A stretch of DNA of 64,000 nt from Rubripirellula sp. (GCA_965216875.1 OZ244207.1:4320001-4384000), one strand, 5' to 3'; counted from the first letter of the stretch, positions 29,627-39,378 are shown. The notes: generated by a model from the sequence alone, not told the origin. Made by a program: numbers and translations.

Positions 29627-31951
29627 ATGTTTTTAAGCACTCGAACCTCCAAACGCGGCTTCACCCTGGTGGAATTGCTGATTGCGATGGCAATCACACT
29701 TCTGCTGATGGCGGGCTTGGCCAAAGCCTTTGCCATGATTGGTAACAGCATGAAGGAAGGCCGCAGCAAGTTGACGCTAAGCGGAAAACTTCGTGGCCTC
29801 AGTTTTCGACTCCGCAGCGACCTTCGTTCACGTACCGTCCAAGCGTCGCCACCGATTCGCGCAACCGACGACCAAGGCTACTTCATGTACTACGAAGGGC
29901 CACTTTCCGAACATTCGATGGCGTTGTTCGGCGATGAGGCGCTTCGATACACGCGTGGTGGCGACGAGATTGGTTCGTCATCACCTGCCTTTGCAACCAC
30001 AGTCGATGGCCCAACCTATCGTCGACACAGCCGATTTGGTGACATTGATGACTATGTCGCCTTCACGGCCGAAGCGCCGGCAGGCAGCTGGTTTACTGGA
30101 AAAGTACCGGCCTACATGGTCGAGGATGACCCCACCATGGCTGACCCGATGGAACCGCGCACCATCCGGTCGAAATACGCCGAGATCATCATGTGGGCTT
30201 CTCCTACATGGCAAACCGACGAATCAACCAACGACCTGGTCTACAGCCCCGCGCCGAGCGGAATGCCCGCCTACGTTGACGACAACAACGACTTGATTCC
30301 AGATTCGGTCACCATTCATCAACGGGTGTTGTTGATTCGACCTGACCTCAACTCGTTCGGAAACATCACAACAACGAATGCAGGATCAGCATTTGAATCC
30401 GACTACCTACGCACCCTCGGCGGTGGCGGTCCCGCAAATGTCCCACCGGCAATCCAAGGGATCTACCCCATTGGTAACCCCAACATAGCAGCTGGCAGCC
30501 GGTACTACCCAAGCTACGTCGATCCGGGCAGCCTGACGCAACCCCATCTCATGTTCAACAGCCATTGGCTTGTGGGCATGGCGCCGGTCCATCATTTCTT
30601 TGACATTTCGCTGCGTCGCATTGTTCATCCCGAAACAGGTGAACCGACCGAGTATGTCGCTGCCAATTCGCTTGAAGACTTGACGGAACCGCATAACCGT
30701 TTCGGCCACGTTCGATACCCAGGTCGCTACTTTGGTCTAAGCGGTGCAAACGACAATGCGACATCCATGCCTCTGTTGGCCGTTGCTTGGAACGATGCGC
30801 TATTGCGGCGTGCGACGCCTCCTGCGTGGTTCCCAACGGGATACCCAAGCCCGACCACCTTGTACAATTCGAGCACTGGTGCACGCACCTCGCTGTTCAA
30901 CGGTTGGTTGCTGCCACATTTCTCCCTTGGCGACCCCAACCCTCCCACAGCAGACTCGTCGAACTGGCAACGCAACTATTTGGGAACGCGTGATCCTCGC
31001 TGGGACCGAACCGGCGAAGACATCATCGCCGCGAACGTCCACTCGTTTGACGTGAAGGGTTACGATTCGATCGCACCTGTTTTCTTGACCTCTGGTTTTG
31101 ATGGGCAACCCGGACGGGCAGGAGTTGATGATGACAGCAGCGGAAGTGCGGACACGTCCGTTCTCACTGCAAATCAGCAAGTCATGTCTGAACTTGGAGC
31201 GATCGGCAGCGATGATGTTCTTGTCCAAATGGGCGACATTGCAATCAACGAAGTGATGAAGTCGTACATCACCGACCCCAGAGATGTCGCGAGCTACACC
31301 GCCGCCGAGCTTGCCCAGCGGCGGTTCCAAATGCTCGCCAACACGGGAGACTTTGTCGATCTGATGTACCCGCTTCAAGCGGGTGGCCCGCTCCTCGACC
31401 TGTATCGTGAAGGCCCTGGACCTTACGCGACGACGCCACCGGCCACACCTCCAACGCCGCCACTCTCAGTGGCGCAGCAGAACGCTCAAAACAACTTCAA
31501 CAACTTCCTTGTCACGGACCTGTCGGGTTGGCCACTTTCGGTCGGTACGTTGAGTTCGATGAAACGCAGCGGAAAACTCGTTCACACGAACCCGCTCAAT
31601 GGAAGCTTTGCCTTCATGCAACCCTGTTTTGATACGTGGAGCGACCGGTACGAGAGCGATGGCTTCGACCAAACCGCAAATCTCACCGGCGAATTGCGTG
31701 GAAACAACGGCTCGGTCTGGGTCCTCTACGATGAACAGGCTGGCTTCCCGCCACGTGTTCCTCGAATCGCCCCGAGCGCAGCCGCAAACCGAATTTTTGC
31801 GATCGACTCTTCCAAGTACGACTCAGAACAACGCGAAACGAGCGCTCCGTTCGAGTCACCATTACCGGCCGTCAGCATTACGATTCGCTTGGCCGATCCG
31901 GCGACGGGCGAAATCGCGCAAAGCACGGTGATCGAAGACTTGCTCGACTAG
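29627..31951 (+). CDS. Large prepilin-type protein, PilW/GspJ-like (774 aa)
   Basis: KRG|FTLVELLIAMAITLLLMAGL; LRSDL after the helix; DIIAANVHSFDVK; AVSITIRL. Confidence 0.88.
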   Translation: MFLSTRTSKRGFTLVELLIAMAITLLLMAGLAKAFAMIGNSMKEGRSKLTLSGKLRGLSFRLRSDLRSRTVQASPPIRATDDQGYFMYYEGPLSEHSMALFGDEALRYTRGGDEIGSSSPAFATTVDGPTYRRHSRFGDIDDYVAFTAEAPAGSWFTGKVPAYMVEDDPTMADPMEPRTIRSKYAEIIMWASPTWQTDESTNDLVYSPAPSGMPAYVDDNNDLIPDSVTIHQRVLLIRPDLNSFGNITTTNAGSAFESDYLRTLGGGGPANVPPAIQGIYPIGNPNIAAGSRYYPSYVDPGSLTQPHLMFNSHWLVGMAPVHHFFDISLRRIVHPETGEPTEYVAANSLEDLTEPHNRFGHVRYPGRYFGLSGANDNATSMPLLAVAWNDALLRRATPPAWFPTGYPSPTTLYNSSTGARTSLFNGWLLPHFSLGDPNPPTADSSNWQRNYLGTRDPRWDRTGEDIIAANVHSFDVKGYDSIAPVFLTSGFDGQPGRAGVDDDSSGSADTSVLTANQQVMSELGAIGSDDVLVQMGDIAINEVMKSYITDPRDVASYTAAELAQRRFQMLANTGDFVDLMYPLQAGGPLLDLYREGPGPYATTPPATPPTPPLSVAQQNAQNNFNNFLVTDLSGWPLSVGTLSSMKRSGKLVHTNPLNGSFAFMQPCFDTWSDRYESDGFDQTANLTGELRGNNGSVWVLYDEQAGFPPRVPRIAPSAAANRIFAIDSSKYDSEQRETSAPFESPLPAVSITIRLADPATGEIAQSTVIEDLLD

Positions 31952-33543
31952 TCGGCCAGGCTGCCGCTTAGTAGATAACCGTTGATGAGGTTGGCCGATT
32001 GGGCGGCCTCGGCGGTTGCATCGAGCAGTTGAAGCTGAGCTTCGAAGAGCGTGCGCTGCACGGTCAGTAACTGCAGAAAGCTTGACTCACCCACCTCGTA
32101 CGCTTGGTTGGTCAACTTCAGCGTCTCTTCGGCACGCGGCACAATCTCCGACTCGATCCGGTCTCGGCGTCGTCGTGCCACTTCATAGCGTTGATAGACG
32201 CTCGCCAATCGACTCGCCAAATGCTGCTCGGTCTGTTGATACGCGCGATCCGCTTCGGAAATCTCAAACCGGATGCGTCGCAAATTCCCTTGATTGCGAT
32301 TGCGGAGCGGAAGCGGCACACTGACTTGTACCGAACCGTAGGTGTCATCGGTCGCCGCATCAACGCCAACGCCAAGCTGCGCCGTCACATTAGGTGTGAT
32401 CGAAGCGCACGCCAATTGATAATCGTGTCTCGCTCTTTGGATCGTTGCCGCTCGACGCATCAACTCCGGACTTCCTTGGATTGTCTCACCTGACAATCGG
32501 TCGAACATCAATCCATTGAGGTTCGTGTCAACCGTTCCTTGCAGCGGAGTCACCGGCAACGCGCCAATTCCTACAACGGCTTCGAGTCGCCTGCGCGCTC
32601 CATCGAGTTCGGCTTGCGAAGTTTCTTGGGCCAAGACGGCCCGCTGTAACTCGGTCTGTGCCTGCAGCAACTCGATCCGCGACGACTCACTGCCCATTTG
32701 CACCACCGACTTGCTCGATTTTTCGGCAATCTGTTTCAGTTGATCGACGAGACTCAGCCGCTGCTGTGCCACGAGCGCGTCCAAGAATGCCGCTCGAACA
32801 TCCGTCTGCACTTGCAAGCGTGTGACTTCCAAATCGGCTTGCGCTTGTTGCATTTCTGCAGCGACAACGTTTTGCGCCAGCCCCAACTTATTCGCCGTGA
32901 TCATGGTTTGCGCCACGGCGACGCGGTGGAGCCCCGAGAATCCACCGTTGCCAATTTCGTCGCTGTTGTATTGCAGCACGGGATTGCGCGGCGTCCCCGC
33001 CTGAATCCATTTGCCACGCAACGCCTCGATCGAAGCTCGCCGGCGGGCAATGCTCGGATGATGAGTCATGGCGAGCGACTCGAGGTGTGCAAGCGTTAGC
33101 TCGGCCGGATCCGTCGCAAGCACTTCCTCTGGGCGCGAGGAAGGCGCGGGAAGTGGCTCGATCGACTCGGCCGGTTCACCGGTCAAGTCGGAACTCGAAT
33201 CTGCCCCGGCCGACGGGTCCTCATCACGAACGACCGTTTCGGGCAGTTGTGCGATGCGGTGCGAAACGGTCCGCGTCGACGCGATAGATTTGACGCCCGG
33301 ATCGTGGGATGGGGCCGCGAGAGCAGCGTAGCGATCTCGTTCCTGTGAGGCGCAGCCGCTGGCGATCGCGCAAGCACACACAAGCGTCGCAACGATGCCT
33401 TGTCGATCGCATCTCTTTCCTGCCGACACGCCTTGACCATCGCCTCCCTGCGAATCATGACTCTCGAACCACATCGTTATGCATCGACCGATCACCGGAC
33501 CACGTTTGACGAATTGCAAAAGATGCGTACTGGGCGACATCAA
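31948..33543 (-). CDS. TolC/CzcC family outer membrane efflux protein (start uncertain)
   Basis: LESLAMTHHPSI, VSVPLPLRNRNQGN, AYEVGESSFLQLLTVQRTL; possible lipobox ASG-C. Confidence 0.88.
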   Translation of the reverse strand: MMSPSTHLLQFVKRGPVIGRCITMWFESHDSQGGDGQGVSAGKRCDRQGIVATLVCACAIASGCASQERDRYAALAAPSHDPGVKSIASTRTVSHRIAQLPETVVRDEDPSAGADSSSDLTGEPAESIEPLPAPSSRPEEVLATDPAELTLAHLESLAMTHHPSIARRRASIEALRGKWIQAGTPRNPVLQYNSDEIGNGGFSGLHRVAVAQTMITANKLGLAQNVVAAEMQQAQADLEVTRLQVQTDVRAAFLDALVAQQRLSLVDQLKQIAEKSSKSVVQMGSESSRIELLQAQTELQRAVLAQETSQAELDGARRRLEAVVGIGALPVTPLQGTVDTNLNGLMFDRLSGETIQGSPELMRRAATIQRARHDYQLACASITPNVTAQLGVGVDAATDDTYGSVQVSVPLPLRNRNQGNLRRIRFEISEADRAYQQTEQHLASRLASVYQRYEVARRRRDRIESEIVPRAEETLKLTNQAYEVGESSFLQLLTVQRTLFEAQLQLLDATAEAAQSANLINGYLLSGSLAD

Positions 33544-33682
33544 CCGTTAAACTATGCCGACTGGGTAGAACAATTCGGCTCCGAAATCCGTGAATCAAGG
33601 CGGAGTCGAACGCCGACTCGACATTTCAAGGAAAGCCCTTCCGGACCTCTCCAGCCCCATCGCTCTTCAGGAATTCGTCATC

Positions 33683-34765
33683 GTGTCCACCTTTCGTCTG
33701 GTTGCTTTGATGGTCGCTTCGTTCGCGGGCACCCTTGTTGCAAACCCCCTTCTGGCCCAGTCGTCACCGCCCGTCCTGTTACAGATGATTCGTGACGACG
33801 CGATCCACGACGAGTTGAATCTGACCGCCGACCAGCGAGACTCGATTCTTCGTGCCTTGCCGGCAATTGACGGCCGTTGGTTTCGAGCCCGCAATCTGAA
33901 GAGCGACGAACAGGGCGCCGAGATCGACAAGCTGACCGCTGAAATGAAACAGCAGCTGGGCACGATCATCGATTCACCACGGCTCGCACGACTCGAACAA
34001 CTTGAGCGGCAAGCCTTGGGTACGCGAATGTTCGGCCGTGACGACGTTGCCACCCGGCTGCAACTCAGTGATGCGCAGCGCAAAGTGTTCATGGACACCT
34101 TCGTTACCACTGACAACAAGTCTGCCGAGATTCAGAAGCAGTTACGAAGCTCGGAGATCGATGGTCGAGAAGCACAACGAAAAATCGATGGTCTCAAAAA
34201 CAAAGAACGTCAAGCCATCGTCAACCAACTCACCAACGACCAAAAGTCAAAACTCTCGTCGTTGACCGGCAGTCCCTTCAACTTCGCAAGTGTGAAGCGA
34301 ATGTACCCGCTCGCACCTGAACTCTCATCCGAAGGCGTCACTTGGATTCAAGGAGGCCCACTGAAGCTGAGTGAATTGCGAGGCAAAGTGGTCGCCGTTC
34401 ACTACTACGCGTTTCAATGCATCAATTGCCGCCGCAACTTTCCACACTACAAGGCATGGCACGACGACTTCAAAGACAAAGACCTTGTCATCATCGGTAT
34501 TCAAACGCCAGAAACCTCCGCCGAGCGGAGCCTCGAACGCGTCACTCAAGCTGCCAAGAACGACGGAATCGAGTATCCCGTCCTGCTTGATTCCAAAGGT
34601 TCGAATTGGAACACTTGGTCCAACACCATGTGGCCGACCGTCTATCTGATCGACAAGAAAGGGTTCATTCGCCGCTGGTGGCAAGGTGAGATGAACTGGC
34701 AGGGAACACCCGGCGAACAGCAAATGCGACAAACGATCGAAACGCTGTTGGCAGAAGAGTCCTAG
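33683..34765 (+). CDS. Exported redoxin (TlpA/DipZ-like thioredoxin domain) with helical N-terminal region
   Basis: Signal peptide; LRGKVVAVHYYAFQCINCRRNFP, IIGIQTPE, MWPTVYLIDKKG; GTG start after AGGA. Confidence 0.88.
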   Translation: MSTFRLVALMVASFAGTLVANPLLAQSSPPVLLQMIRDDAIHDELNLTADQRDSILRALPAIDGRWFRARNLKSDEQGAEIDKLTAEMKQQLGTIIDSPRLARLEQLERQALGTRMFGRDDVATRLQLSDAQRKVFMDTFVTTDNKSAEIQKQLRSSEIDGREAQRKIDGLKNKERQAIVNQLTNDQKSKLSSLTGSPFNFASVKRMYPLAPELSSEGVTWIQGGPLKLSELRGKVVAVHYYAFQCINCRRNFPHYKAWHDDFKDKDLVIIGIQTPETSAERSLERVTQAAKNDGIEYPVLLDSKGSNWNTWSNTMWPTVYLIDKKGFIRRWWQGEMNWQGTPGEQQMRQTIETLLAEES

Positions 34766-34831
34766 CAATCACTAGGCATCAGCGCTTGTAGCGTGTGTGC
34801 TTGCACGCACAACGAAGCCGCTCAAGAAACG

Positions 34832-34870
34832 AAAAAAGGCGAAGCCGGCTCCGAAGAACCGACTCCGCCT
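34832..34870 (-). terminator. Intrinsic terminator on the minus strand
   Basis: Minus strand AGGCGGAGTCGGTT-CTTCGG-AGCCGGCTTCGCC-TTTTTT with a cUUCGg tetraloop. Confidence 0.8.
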
Positions 34871-35152
34871 CGCACGGGGGGACGCTTGATATCTCGTTGT
34901 GCTTCACGTTGTCAGTAGCGTTCCCGTTACACCACTAACAGTAGTCCGGTTCTGTGCGGCAGGCCGGCAAAGATTGAGCTGTTTTGGGTAATTCACATCG
35001 GGAATACCCTGAAAACAAACAGCTATACCGGTTATCCGAATCGTTGGGCCTGCGAAGCCGTTACGGGACTCCCGCGAAGCGGAATCTCCACCCGTTTGAC
35101 GGTCAAACACGCCCAAATGTGCCCCTAAAAAACAGCGAATCGCCAACCGTTT

Positions 35153-35290
35153 GTAGTACCGAGCTTTAGCCGGAATCTTCAGGCTCTTGCGCCGTGAGCC
35201 GTACGCGCTAGCGTCGGGCCCCGCCGAGACTTACGAGCTCTCTGGGACTCACAAGTGTGTAAGCCCGACGCTAGCGCGTGCGGCTCACGG
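35153..35290. repeat. REP-like family B copy plus family C doublet downstream of rtcB
   Basis: GTAGTACCGAGCTTTAGCCGGAAT; GTGAGCCGTACGCGCTAGCGTCGGG...CCCGACGCTAGCGCGTGCGGCTCAC. Confidence 0.82.
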
Positions 35291-35348
35291 CTCTAAGGCC
35301 CGTAGAGGGTCTGTTTTGGAACGATCATGCCCTCACCGCTTTAACGCA

Positions 35349-36737
35349 CTAGTCTTCTGCCTTGCTTCCGTCGCCACACATTTTGACCACGCATGGATCG
35401 AATCGTCCCAACACGTCGACGAGGTCCTCCTGGCACTTCATCACCTGGCGGATGTCCTTGTACGCGCCAGGAACCTCATCCGCCTCAGCCGAAATGACGT
35501 GCACGCCTTTCTTTTTCAAATCACCTTGAACCGCGTTCCAGCGGTACTTTTCTTTCGCCGCTCGCCGAGACAACTTACGTCCTGCGCCGTGTGACGCCGA
35601 ATGCAGGGCTGACGCGTTGCCTCGCCCCGACACAATGAAGGCAGGATCCGCCATCGAACCCGGAATGATGCCAAGCTGTCCCTTTCCTGCGGGCGTCGCG
35701 CCTTTGCGATGCACGACACATTCCACGCCGTTGTGATTCTCGAGCCAAGCAAAGTTATGGAAGTTCTCGATCACCCGAAGCGTTTGACCGCCGATCGCCT
35801 TGGTCACTAGACGGTGGATCACATCGTGATTGGCAGCCGCGTATTGCCCCATCAATTGCATTGCGGCCCAATAGTCTTGTCCTTCTTCGGTATCGAGACC
35901 GAGCCACGCCAGATAAGCCAAGTCATCATACTTGGCCGATAGACGACTACGAGCGATCGAGCTGTACGTCGAACAAACCGCCGCGCCCGGGCCACGACTT
36001 CCGCTATGGCTGAGCAACCCAACATAGTTTCCGGGCTGAAGATCAAGATCCTCGCTCACTTCATCCACCGTGACCACTCCAAACTCGACGAAGTGGTTTC
36101 CAGAGCCTGACGTCCCAAGTTGTTCCCAAGCGCGATCCTTTTGGTGCCGCGTGATTTTGGTCACATTCCAATCTGCGTCCATCACCTCATGCTGCATCGG
36201 GAATTCATGAACGGCTCCCATGCCGAAACGCGTGTTGCGTGAAATCGCTTCTCCAAACCGCGCGGGATCCTTGACCATTCGATCAACCGGCACATCGATG
36301 ATCGACAACTTCATTCGACACCCGATGTCGACACCGACGGCGTAAGGAATCACTGCGTTGTCACATGCCAGCACACCGCCAATCGGCAGCCCGTAGCCAA
36401 CGTGCCCATCGGGCATCAATGCTCCCACCTTCGCCACAGGCACTTCACATGCGCGGCTCATCTGCTTGCGCGTCGGCTGGTCGATATGCTCATCACCCCA
36501 ACACTCGAACGGGACGGGTCCGCCGCGCACAAAATCTCGGTCGTCGATCACCGCTTGAGCAAGCGTATCGAGAACGGGGGCATCCAAGAAACTCTCAGGA
36601 GTCTCCATCAATTGCTCGAGGTCTCCGCGAATCTGGTTCTTGCGTCGCCCTTCGGCTCTCAGATCCTGGACCGCCATGATCGCCAGTGACAGGCAATCGT
36701 CGGGGATTCCGATCTTCCGCAGTTGTCGAGTGTTCAA
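35349..36737 (-). CDS. rtcB: RtcB family RNA ligase
   Basis: MPDGHVGYGLPIGG, VGVDIGC, GSGNHFVE, HSGSRG, HNFA, HRKGAT, SHGAGR, DEVPGAYK. Confidence 0.95.
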   Translation of the reverse strand: MNTRQLRKIGIPDDCLSLAIMAVQDLRAEGRRKNQIRGDLEQLMETPESFLDAPVLDTLAQAVIDDRDFVRGGPVPFECWGDEHIDQPTRKQMSRACEVPVAKVGALMPDGHVGYGLPIGGVLACDNAVIPYAVGVDIGCRMKLSIIDVPVDRMVKDPARFGEAISRNTRFGMGAVHEFPMQHEVMDADWNVTKITRHQKDRAWEQLGTSGSGNHFVEFGVVTVDEVSEDLDLQPGNYVGLLSHSGSRGPGAAVCSTYSSIARSRLSAKYDDLAYLAWLGLDTEEGQDYWAAMQLMGQYAAANHDVIHRLVTKAIGGQTLRVIENFHNFAWLENHNGVECVVHRKGATPAGKGQLGIIPGSMADPAFIVSGRGNASALHSASHGAGRKLSRRAAKEKYRWNAVQGDLKKKGVHVISAEADEVPGAYKDIRQVMKCQEDLVDVLGRFDPCVVKMCGDGSKAED

Positions 36738-36773
36738 ATCATTGTCTTTCTATTCCGGGCGGGTGAGTGTTTT

Positions 36774-36830
36774 CGGCTCCGCAGGAGCGTCGCCCTCCCA
36801 ACTGAGTACATAGCCCTCCCCGCTGAGTAC
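36774..36830. repeat. REP-like family F copy with adjacent 21-bp tandem duplication
   Basis: CGGCTCCGCAGGAGCGTCGCCCTCCC identical to 45535-45560; GCCCTCCCnnCTGAGTAC repeated at 36792 and 36813. Confidence 0.75.
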
Positions 36831-36979
36831 GTGACTTTGACAGACATTCGCGGCTCAATGTTCACGCGAAATGAAACGTCTTGCCGTGAAACCGGAGATT
36901 TTGGTATTCCCACATGCTGGTAAGGGGCATTGCGCCCAAATATCGACCTGACTCACTCTGTCTCGGACGAGGAATTCCC

Positions 36980-37918
36980 GTGGGACTCGACTGTTCAACC
37001 ATTAAATTCTTGGCTGGCGCAAAAGCAGCCGGAGTCGATTTCCAGCGGACTTTGACCATCGGTCGTCAGGATCTGTTTCCCAAGCGGCACACGATGCGTC
37101 GTGTCTTTGACGCCTTGGAAATCAACGAGGATGCCAAAGCCTTCCTGCGGGCCAATCCCTACGGTGAGGCTCTCTTTGAGAAACTCGGTGCCGACCACAT
37201 CGACTCGATGGATTCCAATTCCTACGAGGATGCGACGGTCATCCACGACATGAATGAGCCGATTCCCGAATCGCTCAAAAAGCAATACTCGCTGGTCTAT
37301 GACGGCGGATCGCTCGAGCACATCTTCAATGCCCCACAGGCACTCAAGAATTGCATGGAGATGGTCCAGGTTGGCGGCTACTTCATCCAAGCAAGCATCG
37401 CCAACAACTTCATGGGGCATGGATTTTGGCAGTTCAGTCCCGAAGTGTTCTTCCGCGCGATGAGTGAAGAAAACGGGTTTCGAACCGAGTTCGTTCTCCT
37501 CAACGAAGTCACCACCCCTCGTTGGGTCGCCGTTCAACATCCCGAGATCGCTCAGAGTCGCGTCGAGTTGTGCAACTCGAATCAGACCTACATCTTTGCG
37601 ATTGCCAAACGGATCGCCGACAAGCCGATCTTCGAGAGAGTCCCCCAGCAAGGCTTCTATGTCTCGATGTGGGACAATGGTGTCGCCGACCATGCCAGTG
37701 GCGTGAAACCGCGGCCTAGCTTCGCTCAGAAATGGAAGATTTCAATTCGCAAGCGTGCTGTCAAACTGGGGCGAAAAATCGTTCGCCGTCCCTACAACAA
37801 GCCGTACTTCGAGCGAGTCGCCGAAAACGATCTCTTGGCAGGGCGGATCCCAGAGCTCAACGCCGCCATCAAGGCGCCGACAAACGAGGGTACCGTCGCG
37901 CCCCGCGCCGCCGCATAA
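36980..37918 (+). CDS. Class I SAM-dependent methyltransferase-like protein
   Basis: LTIGRQ, SMDSNSYEDATVIHDMNEP, YDGGSLEHIFN, GHGFWQFSPE; GTG start after GAGGA. Confidence 0.7.
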   Translation: MGLDCSTIKFLAGAKAAGVDFQRTLTIGRQDLFPKRHTMRRVFDALEINEDAKAFLRANPYGEALFEKLGADHIDSMDSNSYEDATVIHDMNEPIPESLKKQYSLVYDGGSLEHIFNAPQALKNCMEMVQVGGYFIQASIANNFMGHGFWQFSPEVFFRAMSEENGFRTEFVLLNEVTTPRWVAVQHPEIAQSRVELCNSNQTYIFAIAKRIADKPIFERVPQQGFYVSMWDNGVADHASGVKPRPSFAQKWKISIRKRAVKLGRKIVRRPYNKPYFERVAENDLLAGRIPELNAAIKAPTNEGTVAPRAAA

Positions 37919-37993
37919 CAGCAGTCGTGCGCGCCGCCGAATGCAAGCAGTTGCTTGCCACTGCGCAAAGCTAGCGCAGTGAAAAGGGAATAC

Positions 37994-38218
37994 TCACAAC
38001 AGCAGCCGAACTAGCGTGGTTTGTTGGCTTCGCGTTCTTGACGCGGCTGCTCGCTCGTCTGCCCAGACGGTTGCGATTCGCTTTGCGTGCTTGCTGTCGC
38101 TGTTCCTGATGGCCCCAGAACAAACGTTTGCTTGATTCCGTGTACCGATTGAATGGTAAACGTGTTCCCGTTCATATCGCGTCTCGATGCGCTTTGGAAA
38201 GTCTTTTGAAAAGGACAA
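37994..38218 (-). CDS. Possible small hypothetical protein
   Basis: 74-aa ORF filling an otherwise empty gap; no recognisable motif. Confidence 0.3.
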   Translation of the reverse strand: MSFSKDFPKRIETRYEREHVYHSIGTRNQANVCSGAIRNSDSKHAKRIATVWADERAAASRTRSQQTTLVRLLL

Positions 38219-38472
38219 CTAAACCATCGGTCAGAAAAATTTGGGGCGCGACAGCATTCTTTACACCTATCGGCGATCACTCTCGGCCCGATTCCGGTTG
38301 TAACGATTCATCCGAAAACACCGACGCGACGGCACCTCCGCAATCCTTTGGCTAGGTCGGCAGACGGCCCGCTATCCACGCTATACTGGGCGGCTCCCCC
38401 ACCGTCCATGGCAAATCATGCCGGATGCCTCCTGCCCTTACGATCACGTCGACTTTTTCGGTCGCTTCAACC

Positions 38473-39180
38473 ATGCGTTTCTCATTCTTGCTTGTTCTTG
38501 CACCTGTTCTGTTTGCGTTTTCACACTGCCGAGCCGAGGAGTCCTCGTTCTACGAGCCGATCGAGCGCAACATCGAAGGCTGGACGATCATCCTTGATCC
38601 CGAGTTGTTCACCGAAGAGCACAAGGAAACATCGGAAGCAGCTCTCGTCGCTTTGGCAAATCACCTGCAACGCATCAAGTACATCGTTGCCGAGGATCGA
38701 GTGAAACAGCTTCAGCAAATGCGAATCTGGGTCGATTGGCACCACGAACTTTCGTCGATGCAATACCATCCCAGTCGCGGTTGGTTGTTGGCCAACGGTC
38801 ATGACCCGAGACTGGTCAAACACGTGCATGTCCCACGTGTGAAACATTTGCTCGACCGAGGCCAGTGGGCCAAACACCCCTACGTTGTGCTGCACGAACT
38901 GGCCCATGCCTATCACGATCAAGTGCTCAGTTTTGACAACCAAGAGGTGATTGACGTTTTCGAGGCGATGAAAGAGAAGGGCAGCTACGAGAATGTGCTG
39001 CTGTACACCGGTCGCAAAGTGAAACACTACGGTCTCAACAACCATAAAGAGTATTTCGCCGAATCAACCGAAGCCTACTTTGGCGTCAACGATTTTTACC
39101 CCTTCGTCCGCGCCGAGTTGAAAGAACACGACCGGCCGATGTACGACCTGATGGTCAAGATTTGGGGCAAGATTGACTAG
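38473..39180 (+). CDS. Secreted zinc metallopeptidase (lethal-factor-related HEXXH...EYFAE type)
   Basis: Signal peptide; VLHELAHAYH; YGLNNHKEYFAESTEAYF. Confidence 0.82.
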   Translation: MRFSFLLVLAPVLFAFSHCRAEESSFYEPIERNIEGWTIILDPELFTEEHKETSEAALVALANHLQRIKYIVAEDRVKQLQQMRIWVDWHHELSSMQYHPSRGWLLANGHDPRLVKHVHVPRVKHLLDRGQWAKHPYVVLHELAHAYHDQVLSFDNQEVIDVFEAMKEKGSYENVLLYTGRKVKHYGLNNHKEYFAESTEAYFGVNDFYPFVRAELKEHDRPMYDLMVKIWGKID

Positions 39181-39181
39181 C

Positions 39182-39346
39182 GTAGGCCGCTGGTAGTACC
39201 GCCCTTGGGCGGAAGAGTCTGAGGGTTCTGGCTAAAGCTCGGTACTACAAACAAAGAAGTAGGCCGGATCAAGGAGCGACAGCGACGCAGATCCGGCATG
39301 CCGCTAGCTGCTCTCCAAAGCCCCACGCTCTGGCGAGCGTAGCTAC
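39182..39346. repeat. Mosaic of REP-like families B, E and D between convergent genes
   Basis: B doublet 39193-39248; E GTAGGCCGGATCAAGGAGCGACAGCGACGCAGATCCGGCA 39259-39298; D 39323-39346. Confidence 0.85.
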
Positions 39347-39378
39347 GGGATTCTGAACCCGGCCGCTTGCGTTGGCAT

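Noticed and set aside
10868..31951. Calling the cluster a classical type II secretion system
   Set aside because: PilT is present and no GspC/D/L/M are seen, so the generic type IV filament label was kept
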